Positions 20,697 through 30,200 of a DNA stretch of 64,000 nt are shown piece by piece. A program made the translations under genes and the position numbers. Positions within the stretch are counted from its first letter, which is position 1, and each line of letters starts with the position of its first letter. The stretch is from an uncultured virus (IMG/VR IMGVR_UViG_3300028646_000003). Its lineage: Duplodnaviria > Heunggongvirae > Uroviricota > Caudoviricetes. Location: IMG/VR virus record IMGVR_UViG_3300028646_000003, positions 62,001-126,000 of that record; one strand, given 5' to 3'. The notes under the pieces were generated by a model. It had not been told where the DNA came from. It was given only the letters and a program-made list of their open reading frames with translations, and did not search any database.

Positions 20697-22844
20697 TTAT
20701 TCCGTAATATAGTAACTGTAAGTAACATTAGTTATAATTCTAGCTCTAAAAGCAACACTAGCTACATTTAACACTAAATTACTAGCATCTGTATACATTT
20801 CATACTGGTCAGCAGTATCAGCCCTACCGTATATAGTATTAACTCCATTAATTGATACGCTTACTTCACTTGTCCATAAAATATTAGTAGGATCAGTATA
20901 CTTAAATATAACAATTCTTGGAGTAAAATTAAGAGGTATAGTTACTCCTGTTGGTGTTACATAAATTGAGCCTTCAGCATAGTGCTTACCTCCCAAACTT
21001 TCTATTGTAGCACTTCCCACTACGTCTCCTATAACCTTGTCTTTTACAATATTCGCACTGACTAAATCGGTATATCCTTTTATGGTTTGCGTTTCGCTGA
21101 TATATTGCCCAGATGAAATTACTTGATCTGATATTGAAGGTTTATAAGTTTGTGCTGTTTTACTTGGTATATTTCCTGTTATTTTAACTCCGTTTATCCA
21201 TGCAGTTATTCCATATAATATTTGATTAGCAGTTGCACTTGCGATAGTTTGACTAGCTAATGAATTTGCACTAATTGTTCCACCATCTATATATCCAAGT
21301 GGGGGATTATAACTTTCACCACAATTTAATAATTTAGAAAGTGTACCGTTGATAGGCATTGTTCCTATTAAATCTGTATCAATATCTGTACTAAACCCGT
21401 CTCCTGCTAATACGTGGGACGCTATAGTATTTCCTACCGCATTAGCTTTTAGAAAAAAACAATCATTACCTAAATCATACCAAATATCATATGCCTTTCC
21501 TTGTACTAAAACAGGTGGATTAGTACCATTAGGTTTATAAAAATGCTTATTATTTATAGTCGTTGAAGCCCCATTATTATTATATTTTGCTATAAATTTT
21601 AATGGATATCCATTTGTTAAAGTCTTATTAATAACTAGTACCAATTCGTTTGCAGTTCCTTGTGCAGTTTGATAGTTTAAATCAGATATTGAATTATTAA
21701 TTGACACTATACTATCATTAATTGATTTAATTTCTTCTTCTATACTTCCTTCTATTAATTCAATTAAAACACTTCTAGTAGAGTTTAAAAAAGTTACTAT
21801 ATATTTATAATCATTTATTTTATTTATTGTTGGACTTGCAATATAATAATTTAAAGGTACAAATATAGTCACATTATTATTATCTGTATATATTGCTTTA
21901 TTTTGCATTAAATTACAATCGCTATCAGCTCCAGCAGGGAAGTTACCTGCACCACCTACCCCAGCTCCAAATTCAGTATAAGTTAATTTAACTACTGGAT
22001 ATCCATTTAATCCATGATTGATAGACAATAATTCTTTATTACAATATGTCTCATTTAGCATTGTGTTTGAAAGTGGTACTAATTGAGTTGTATCATAATT
22101 TTTAAATTTTTGTAATTCGACATCAGCATTAGCTATTACAGATATTAAATCATCTTTATCTATGTTTGCACTTATTTTTGCTGAGTCTAATTCATCCCTA
22201 ATAGTCGTTGCACTAGGAATAGATATATCTAATTTGTCACTTATTGCTTTTGAGTTCTGATATAAGGGATTTAATCTAGATTCTATTGCATTGGCTTCAT
22301 CAATAGAATCATTCAATGTGTTATCTACTGCACTTGCTTGTGGTACTTTTATTGCAAAATCATCAGCTATTGCTTGTGCTTCAAGAATATCTGCTTTAAA
22401 ACTTGCACTTAATGCCATTGCTATATTTACATCATCATCAAATCGTTCTAAAATATCAACAAAGTTTCTTGAAACGACTCTATCATCATCATTCACAAGC
22501 CCACTAACGTTTAATACTATAAAATAGCTAGATTTTCTATTTCCTAAATTATCTGTAAGTTCAAGTATCCCAATAACTTTTCCTGTAGATGTTGACAATT
22601 GGTTACTACAATTTATAGTTAATAGTTTTCCAACTTTAGTTATATTTTCAACTTGACCATATATAGTTCCGTCTGGTTTTTTAGCTACAAATGTAATATT
22701 AAAATTAGTTAAATCAACTGGAACATCATAGTCATATACATTAAATTGTAAAACCATTGTGTCCATTTGTTGACAATTAGTTTTTAATTTTATACATTCT
22801 TTTAAGTCTATATCCTGTGTTTCCCATGTAAAAATATTTGACAT
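20697..22844 (-). CDS. BppU-like upper baseplate/tail fibre protein
   Basis: PVDLTNFNITFVAKKPDG BppU N-terminal motif, coiled coil, fibre repeats (ATANQILYG.TAWING.KITG). Confidence 0.75.
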   Translation of the reverse strand: MSNIFTWETQDIDLKECIKLKTNCQQMDTMVLQFNVYDYDVPVDLTNFNITFVAKKPDGTIYGQVENITKVGKLLTINCSNQLSTSTGKVIGILELTDNLGNRKSSYFIVLNVSGLVNDDDRVVSRNFVDILERFDDDVNIAMALSASFKADILEAQAIADDFAIKVPQASAVDNTLNDSIDEANAIESRLNPLYQNSKAISDKLDISIPSATTIRDELDSAKISANIDKDDLISVIANADVELQKFKNYDTTQLVPLSNTMLNETYCNKELLSINHGLNGYPVVKLTYTEFGAGVGGAGNFPAGADSDCNLMQNKAIYTDNNNVTIFVPLNYYIASPTINKINDYKYIVTFLNSTRSVLIELIEGSIEEEIKSINDSIVSINNSISDLNYQTAQGTANELVLVINKTLTNGYPLKFIAKYNNNGASTTINNKHFYKPNGTNPPVLVQGKAYDIWYDLGNDCFFLKANAVGNTIASHVLAGDGFSTDIDTDLIGTMPINGTLSKLLNCGESYNPPLGYIDGGTISANSLASQTIASATANQILYGITAWINGVKITGNIPSKTAQTYKPSISDQVISSGQYISETQTIKGYTDLVSANIVKDKVIGDVVGSATIESLGGKHYAEGSIYVTPTGVTIPLNFTPRIVIFKYTDPTNILWTSEVSVSINGVNTIYGRADTADQYEMYTDASNLVLNVASVAFRARIITNVTYSYYITE

Positions 22845-22867
22845 TTTATCACCTTCCCTTTCATATA

Positions 22868-24523
22868 TTAATTTGTTTTATATGTAAAATTAAATTTACA
22901 GTTACCATCTATTGCATTTGAATAATATACTGTAACCACATCCGTACTTACATTTTTAACCCCTAAAATTTGTGCTTGATTTAATGAATAATCTCCATTA
23001 GTAATAATAATAGGATTCATTCCTAAACCAGTTATATTTAATGTTATATTGCTTGTACCAGATGTTATTGTAGTTGTTATGGTATCTACAATTACATTTT
23101 GTCTTTCATTTAATTTATTTGTAACAAATTCTGTATTTGCAATTTGTTTATCACTTGTTGTAGTTGGCAATGTAGGGACATTAATCAAACCATTATTTGA
23201 ATATAGTTTGTTTAAAAAATTAAACGTTCCATCGGTCAAATTCAACAAAAAATAGTCATTTATTGACTTTAAAATACCTGTTTTAATCAGACTTGCATCT
23301 ATATTTCCTGTTAGTGAAGCAGTGTTTATTGCTGGAGTTCCATTGGTAGTTGTAGTTGTAACTTTATTTACTATATCAGAACTTGTTTGTAAATCTTTTA
23401 ATATACTACTGTATTTTATGACGTTTGTTAATTCTACCGTTACATCAAAAGGGTTTTCAGTATATTTTCTTTCTACAGACTCTATTTGTGCAGTTAAATT
23501 AAAATCTATATCCTTATCTATAATGATAACTTGTTCCCCTACAACTGGTTCGGTTAAAGATGAATCCTCATACACCGAAAAATCGCTCATAGATATTTTC
23601 CCACTAAGTACTGGTAAACTCACTTTTTTCAATTGTTCTAATGCTGTTTGATATAAAGTATTCACATCTATAATATTTGTATCTGTATAATCAGTTTCTT
23701 GTACACATCTTGGAGTTACATATATTTCTTCTGTAGTCATACCTTTTGCCTTAAACCAACTAATGTCTTCTACATATAATTTCCCCGTAGGATTTACACT
23801 TGTTATATTTATTGGGTTTGTTGTATCTTCATCACTTGCACCATAAGCATGTAAACGAGTAAAGATACCTGTACTATCATAAGTGATATCTAATGATTTT
23901 AGCCCTTGTCCTTTTCTTATAAATTTACCATTGTCAATAGCATTTTTTCTCAAATATACCCACTTTTGTCCATCTGAATCTGTAGTTAACTCCATCCATC
24001 CATCAAACTTCTCACACAATGTTAATAGATTTTCAAATACAGATGTTCCAGATTCAGCTTCAATATATCTATATGTTTCAGTAATATCTGTTCCACCCCA
24101 TTTGTATAACCTTGTTAAATCAACATTTAAAGGAGATGTTATTATAATATCAAATAATTCTTTTGGTGTTTTCCCTGACGCATTATCCAATGTTAGAGCT
24201 TGACATCTAATACCTTTAATTTCTGTGAACTCACTTTCACAAGTTATACTCAATGTGTTAGAATCTGTATCACTTAATTCTACGGTCTTTATTATGTAAA
24301 AATCATTTTCAAATTTTACTAACATTTCAGCACTATCGTAACTTATTATTGTATTATCAAATGGAATTTTAAACGTTAAAGTTGTTACATCATTTAATAT
24401 ACTCTTCTTCACTATTTCATAAGCAAGGTTTACATTTTTGTTAGATAATATAGCTAGTGGTTGTTTATTAGGTGAATATAGTTTTAAAACGGGATATAAT
24501 ATTTTTCTTTTTATAGCTTTCAT
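22868..24523 (-). CDS. Tal/prophage tail endopeptidase-like hub protein
   Basis: TTLTFKIP, IFTRLHAYG and VGEQVIIID motifs; follows Dit. Confidence 0.8.
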   Translation of the reverse strand: MKAIKRKILYPVLKLYSPNKQPLAILSNKNVNLAYEIVKKSILNDVTTLTFKIPFDNTIISYDSAEMLVKFENDFYIIKTVELSDTDSNTLSITCESEFTEIKGIRCQALTLDNASGKTPKELFDIIITSPLNVDLTRLYKWGGTDITETYRYIEAESGTSVFENLLTLCEKFDGWMELTTDSDGQKWVYLRKNAIDNGKFIRKGQGLKSLDITYDSTGIFTRLHAYGASDEDTTNPINITSVNPTGKLYVEDISWFKAKGMTTEEIYVTPRCVQETDYTDTNIIDVNTLYQTALEQLKKVSLPVLSGKISMSDFSVYEDSSLTEPVVGEQVIIIDKDIDFNLTAQIESVERKYTENPFDVTVELTNVIKYSSILKDLQTSSDIVNKVTTTTTNGTPAINTASLTGNIDASLIKTGILKSINDYFLLNLTDGTFNFLNKLYSNNGLINVPTLPTTTSDKQIANTEFVTNKLNERQNVIVDTITTTITSGTSNITLNITGLGMNPIIITNGDYSLNQAQILGVKNVSTDVVTVYYSNAIDGNCKFNFTYKTN

Positions 24524-24538
24524 TTAACCACCCCGTTC

Positions 24539-25321
24539 CTATAATATTTTTGAATTTAAAGTTACTGACAGTTGAGAAACTGAACCCGTATTTAAAATAA
24601 ATGTATTTTTTATGAAAGGTTGTAATATCGGCATGTCATAATATTCATTTGAAAAATATTTGTCCATCTGAGATGTTCGCACTCCATTTACATATGAATA
24701 AACCTGTCCTTCTGAATCAATATATATATCTTTATCTATATTTTTTAACGTTATAATCAAGTCATTCCAAGTAAATACTATTGTTGATTGTGTACCATTA
24801 GGAGTTATTTTTAAAATAGGCAAACTTTCAATATTACCTTTGTTTTTAAAATAATATTTATTACCAATAGCAGGATTTGTAATTATTTTATCTTTTTCGT
24901 TTGTTACTCTCCATAATGGGTCGTGTGCTATAAAAGATAATTCAACTTCTCCATAAAATTTTTTACCATAATAAACTTCCATATCAAAGCCTTTATCATA
25001 TATTACATCAATTTCTTTATCTACAAATTGTTCATCACACCAAGAAAATGTTTGTTGTTTATTAACTCCCAACCAAGCATTTAATTCTTCTAAATCGACA
25101 TCTCCTTCAAATATTACAGAAATAGGAATTGTCCTTGGTTGATATCTACTTCTGATATATCTTTCTCCATTGTTTGAAGAATCTTTATCTGTAATGTGTT
25201 CTATCTCGGGAAGGAGATTATATTTCTTTTTCGTGTCCTCGGTATTAATTATTGTTCCATTAAAATAACTTAAAGTTTTATCTCCTAATCGAAAATCTTC
25301 ATGATATACATATTCTGCCAA
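24539..25321 (-). CDS. Distal tail protein (Dit)
   Basis: Y.PRTI, ELSFIAHDP and NKGNIESLP motifs; lies between TMP and Tal; TTG start. Confidence 0.8.
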   Translation of the reverse strand: MAEYVYHEDFRLGDKTLSYFNGTIINTEDTKKKYNLLPEIEHITDKDSSNNGERYIRSRYQPRTIPISVIFEGDVDLEELNAWLGVNKQQTFSWCDEQFVDKEIDVIYDKGFDMEVYYGKKFYGEVELSFIAHDPLWRVTNEKDKIITNPAIGNKYYFKNKGNIESLPILKITPNGTQSTIVFTWNDLIITLKNIDKDIYIDSEGQVYSYVNGVRTSQMDKYFSNEYYDMPILQPFIKNTFILNTGSVSQLSVTLNSKIL

Positions 25322-25328
25322 TTATATT

Positions 25329-25383
25329 ACTTTAGTGAGATAGCATATTATAAATATCAGACCTCACTAAAGTTCACCTCCTT
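25329..25383 (-). promoter_or_regulatory. Shine-Dalgarno separated from the Dit start codon by a 45-nt hairpin
   Basis: AAGGAGGTGA-[ACTTTAGTGAG...CTCACTAAAGT]-AATATAA-TTG. Confidence 0.65.
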
Positions 25384-25490
25384 TCTTATTTAATTAGTTT
25401 TTGTTTTTTACATAATAAAAGAACCCATTATATTTAAATGGGTTCTAAAAATAAGTTATATTGTGATTTTAATTCATTTACTATACTGCA

Positions 25491-27071
25491 TTAATATATT
25501 TCCGAATCAATATATTTAAATGTAAATCCATGATGATGTCCACTTATCCCTTGACAAACTTTCCCTATATTAGCATTAAATAATTTAACTCCAAATATTT
25601 CTAAACTTCGTCTTTCTAATTCAATTATAGACTTAAAAACACCTAAACTTATTCCATCTTTAAATATTTCTACTTTTTTACCCAATGCTTTTTCCATTTC
25701 TTCTTTTGCATCATAATTAATCCAATCCCATATTTCAGAACCTTGCTTTAAATATTTTCTCGCAGTTTGACCTTTTATGTTAAGAATATTTCCTATATCT
25801 GTAGTTGTCATTTCACAGTTGTCATGTTTAATTTCACAAACTTTTTTAACTAAATTAATACATGCAAATTCTGAACATTGAATCCAATCAATATTACTCA
25901 AATCAAATTTAGTTATCATCTTTTCATTGTTTAATATACTATTATTAATCCATTCTAATGTACTTTTCCTACAATCTATCACTATATAATTTTCTTCTTT
26001 AATACCATTTGCTAAAGCTAATTCTTTCTTTAATCTATCATTTTCTTGTTCTTCTTTAAGCATTCTAGAATCTTTTAAATGCGTAAATCCTTCTTCATAA
26101 TGTTGCATACCATGAGTTTCTACAATATACTGTTCATTGTTATATTCAAAATAAAAATCATATTTGTATTTTTTACACCAATTAAACGAAGATTTATTCA
26201 ATTGTGTTTCAAAATCTAGCCCCAATTGTATCAAAATACTAAAAACAAATTTTTCGGGATAGGGAAATTTATCACTACAAATACAAGCTATTGAATGATG
26301 TTCATAAATTGTATTTATCCTCATTTTCTTTGATTTTACTTTTCCACAGTCAGGACATAACGGTATTATGTTTTCATTGCTTCTAGCAGTATATTTCTTA
26401 GCTTCCTCATATCCTCCTTGAAAATAAGGTATCATCCAAGGATCAGTAATAACAATCGAATTAATATTTTTGACTACAATATGTGATGAACTACAACAAC
26501 AAGAACAACCTTTTCCATCTTTTAAATTTCCTTCTGTTATCCAATACTCTTCTTTATATATTTTATCTCTAGTAGAATAATGTTCGCCACATTCAAACCC
26601 ACACTCGTTACATTTATATTTATAATATTTTAGCCCTTTTTCATCTTTCTTTGCATCAGTAATGGTGATATTTCTTTTATTATCTTTAAATATCATTCCT
26701 ATTTCTATTTTAAAATCTCCAGTTGCTTTACCTAATATTTTTCCTATTTTACATCTTTGAAAATCACAAGTAAAAACCTCATCTTCCTTATCATTGAATT
26801 CTATTAATATATAATTCTTTTTATCTCTTTCATAATCAATAATTTTAATATATCCTTCTCTGTCCTTGTATATGAAATATATTTTGAAGTTTTTTGAGTA
26901 ATCCCAATTAATACATTTATTAGATATATTTCCTCCCTTTTTACCTTTTCCTCCATGTGGTAAAATATCTAAAAATACTTTTCTAATTTTACTATTCTCA
27001 TAATCTTCTTTATTTTCTTCTTTAAATTTATTTATAATTTCTAAATACTTTTCTTGGCTAATTCTCTCCAT
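25491..27071 (-). CDS. Zn-ribbon PD-(D/E)xK (Vsr/DUF559-like) putative homing endonuclease with NUMOD1-like tail, paralog 1
   Basis: CxxC pairs, YKYDFYF...IVETHGMQHY, C-terminal IGKVCQG...HGFTFKY. Confidence 0.7.
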   Translation of the reverse strand: MERISQEKYLEIINKFKEENKEDYENSKIRKVFLDILPHGGKGKKGGNISNKCINWDYSKNFKIYFIYKDREGYIKIIDYERDKKNYILIEFNDKEDEVFTCDFQRCKIGKILGKATGDFKIEIGMIFKDNKRNITITDAKKDEKGLKYYKYKCNECGFECGEHYSTRDKIYKEEYWITEGNLKDGKGCSCCCSSSHIVVKNINSIVITDPWMIPYFQGGYEEAKKYTARSNENIIPLCPDCGKVKSKKMRINTIYEHHSIACICSDKFPYPEKFVFSILIQLGLDFETQLNKSSFNWCKKYKYDFYFEYNNEQYIVETHGMQHYEEGFTHLKDSRMLKEEQENDRLKKELALANGIKEENYIVIDCRKSTLEWINNSILNNEKMITKFDLSNIDWIQCSEFACINLVKKVCEIKHDNCEMTTTDIGNILNIKGQTARKYLKQGSEIWDWINYDAKEEMEKALGKKVEIFKDGISLGVFKSIIELERRSLEIFGVKLFNANIGKVCQGISGHHHGFTFKYIDSEIY

Positions 27072-27225
27072 TAATAAATTCCTCCAATATAATTTAATTT
27101 ATTGCTCCAATATGTATAAAAGGAAAGGAAACTCATTGGAGAGAGCTTATCAATTGAACTCGCGACTTTTCAATCTATCCTTCCATATCTATATATTATA
27201 ACATACTTTAAGAGTAATTATAACT
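27072..27225 (-). promoter_or_regulatory. Promoter plus structured 5' leader (copy B)
   Basis: TGnTATAAT -10; three-stem junction 27122-27184; loop CTCCAAT pairs with ATTGGAG at 27105-27111 and 27082-27088 (RBS). Confidence 0.7.
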
Positions 27226-27264
27226 AATAAATTACAAATAAGATAATTGTTTTAATAAATTTCT

Positions 27265-30200
27265 TTATATTTTTCCGTATTTTCTCAATGTTTGTTTTAA
27301 CTGTTTATCTAGATTATTACTAAAGTTTTTTGTATTAAAATCAGAAGTAGCGTCGACTTGATAATTATTATTTATATTTATATTACTAGAACTACTATTA
27401 TCAGCATTGCTATTATTAACAACACTATTTGCTATTTTATTCAAATCAATACCTAGTGTTGGCATAGCTAAATTGCCAATATTAGAATATGATTGTGATA
27501 ACTGACCAAGTAAAGCCCCCGACTCTTTAAGGGAATTATAAATTTCATCAATTTTCAACATAGAACTATCAAATTGAACAGTATCTTTGGCGTTTAATAT
27601 CTTTTCACTTGCATGTAATATACCTATTTTACCATTAGAATCAATATTACTTGGAGTTCTTCCACCTGTATCATATCCAGCTGTATGATAATATCCATTG
27701 GAATCTGTATAATCTCCGTTACTATAACTTTTAGTTCCATCACTATGAGTAGTAGTTGTAGAACCATTGCTATTAGTAACAGTTGTAGATGGTTTACTTG
27801 AACTAGAACTACCACTTGACCCTTTATTTATAGTGTTTATCTCATCATTGGTTAATGGATGATCTGATATTATTCCAGAACCTATATCAGTATAATGCGT
27901 TCCACTACTAGTTGTATTTTCATAATGGTTTGATGATGACTCACCATCACCGTTTCCACCATCACTAGAATTATTGTTTCTAATTTTAACATTGTTTAAA
28001 TTACTAATAGCTTCAGTTATTTTTTTCAAAGAAGCGTCAACGCTTGTTGATAAATCTACACCCATCTTTTTATAATCTTCGCTATATTTTGAGTATAAAT
28101 CATACATATCGCTTTGTTGATTTTTATTAATCATTTTTTCAGCTTTATTATAGGCATTCTTCTCATTTAATAACTCCGAATAATGTTTTTCATCTTCTGC
28201 TTCTTGTTCTTTATTTGCTTTTTCTAAATCGCTTAGTTGCTGATCGTAATTATCGCTCTGAATTTGCTTTTGATTATTTAAACTATCAATTTCTTTGGAT
28301 AATGCATCTTTTTTAATAGTTTTTTGTAAATCGGTAATCTGGGTATTTACATCTTGTATTCTTCCTTGTGCTTCTGTAGAATTATCTCTTTGTAAGTTAG
28401 CCAACTCTACTTTAAGTTTCTTGAGTTTAGTTTCATTATCAGACGTTTCATCATTCATAGCATCTAATTCAGCTTGTTTAGATTTAATCTTTTCGTCCCA
28501 AAGTGCTAATTTACTTGTCTTTTCATCTTCTAACGATTGCTTTGCATCTTCTCTTGATTCATCTGCTTGTTTTTTTAATTCATCAACTTTTTCTTGTGCG
28601 TCTTTTAGAATATCTTGTGCTAATTCTTCTTTCGCATTATTAAGAATATCTATGTTGGCTTTCTTAATTTGTTCGTTAACTTTAGAAATTTCATTAGCTT
28701 GCTCTTGCCATTCAGCAGTAGTTTTAGGAATTTTATCTCCGACTAACTCTATATATTTTTTAGTTTCATCATTAATATCTTTAAGATTTTTTATTGCATC
28801 TTCTTTTGCTTGCTTATCAGCTTCTGTATTACCACCCATTGAATTTACTTGTTCTTGTAAAGATAATAATTTTTGTTGGCTGTTTATTAATTTGCCATTG
28901 GCGTCAAACTCAAAGCCAAGATTAGCCAATTTTGTTTTTTTCTCTTCTGCATCTTTTTTTTGTTCATCATTTAAACTTTTTAAAGCAGTTTGTTTTTGTT
29001 TATATATCTCTATATTTTTTAACTCTGCTTGTTGGTATTCTGGGCTACCTTCTTTTAATGAATCTAATAATGTTTTATTTAAAGATAATTCATTATCTGC
29101 TTGTTTTACTGCATTATTGAAATCTAGATACCTGTCAGGTTCTATTTCACTTTTTAATTTTGATATTTCTTCTGCTAATTTTTGTGCTTTTTCGGCTTCT
29201 TTTTCGGCATCTGATTTCCCAGACGAACCTTTATTTGGGCTACCCGTACCACTGAAGTCAGAATTTCCCATGCCTCCACCAAATTTATCAAGATTCAGTC
29301 CACCACCTGCATATATTTTATCCAAATCTTTATAAGCACTTCTAATTTTATCTCCTGTAGCTAATATTCCCGAAGCCTTTTTTGTAAAATCTTCATATTG
29401 TTCATTATTTGCTCCACCAGATAAATCTATTCCACCATAAGCACCTTCAGTAAACGCTTGACTAGTATCGTCCCAAAATTGAGCCATAGATCCTGCAAAT
29501 TGTTTTAATATTTCTGACTTTGCTGAAATCAAATTTGTGAAATTATTATAATCTACATTATATCCAGACGCAGTGACATCTACATACTTACTCATCCAAC
29601 TATCTACAGCAATGCTCAATTCCCCCATAGCACCACTCTTGAGCCCGTTTAATGTAGTATAATTGGACAAGTCAACATTGTATGCACCATTACTATCAGA
29701 AACAAAACTATTTAAAAATGAGTTTATTTGATTTTCATATCCTTCATTGTTTTTAATTTTGTCTTGGTAAAATTGTTCGTCGTCCTGTTTCATTATTAAA
29801 TAAGCATCCTGTTGTGCAGTTTGTTGTTCTTTTATCTTGCCAGTTAAATATTCTTGTGCCGTGGAAGCACTATTTAAACTTTCTGTAACATCTGTACCAT
29901 ATGCTTTGCTCATTTGTTTAACTAAAGCAGGCGTTACTGCTTGTGATTTATTAAGTTTATCGAGATAAGATTGTGCTTGTGCTATTGCCTGAGTTGATTC
30001 TGAATAAGCCTTTGTTGCTTTTGTTATTGCATTTGCTTGAGTATTTGCACCATTATCTGCATTTGTATTATCATTTTTTGCTTGAGTATTATCATTTATA
30101 ACCTTAGTGTTATCATCAGTTTTTTCTGAACTATTTCCCATTGCATTATTTACTTCATCTAAAGAACCTGCAAATTTTGTGTTCTTACTATCTAGAGAAC

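Noticed and set aside
28295..29335. 346 aa plus-strand ORF and the other short plus-strand ORFs inside long minus-strand genes
   Set aside because: Antisense shadows of coding genes, with no RBS or recognisable motifs
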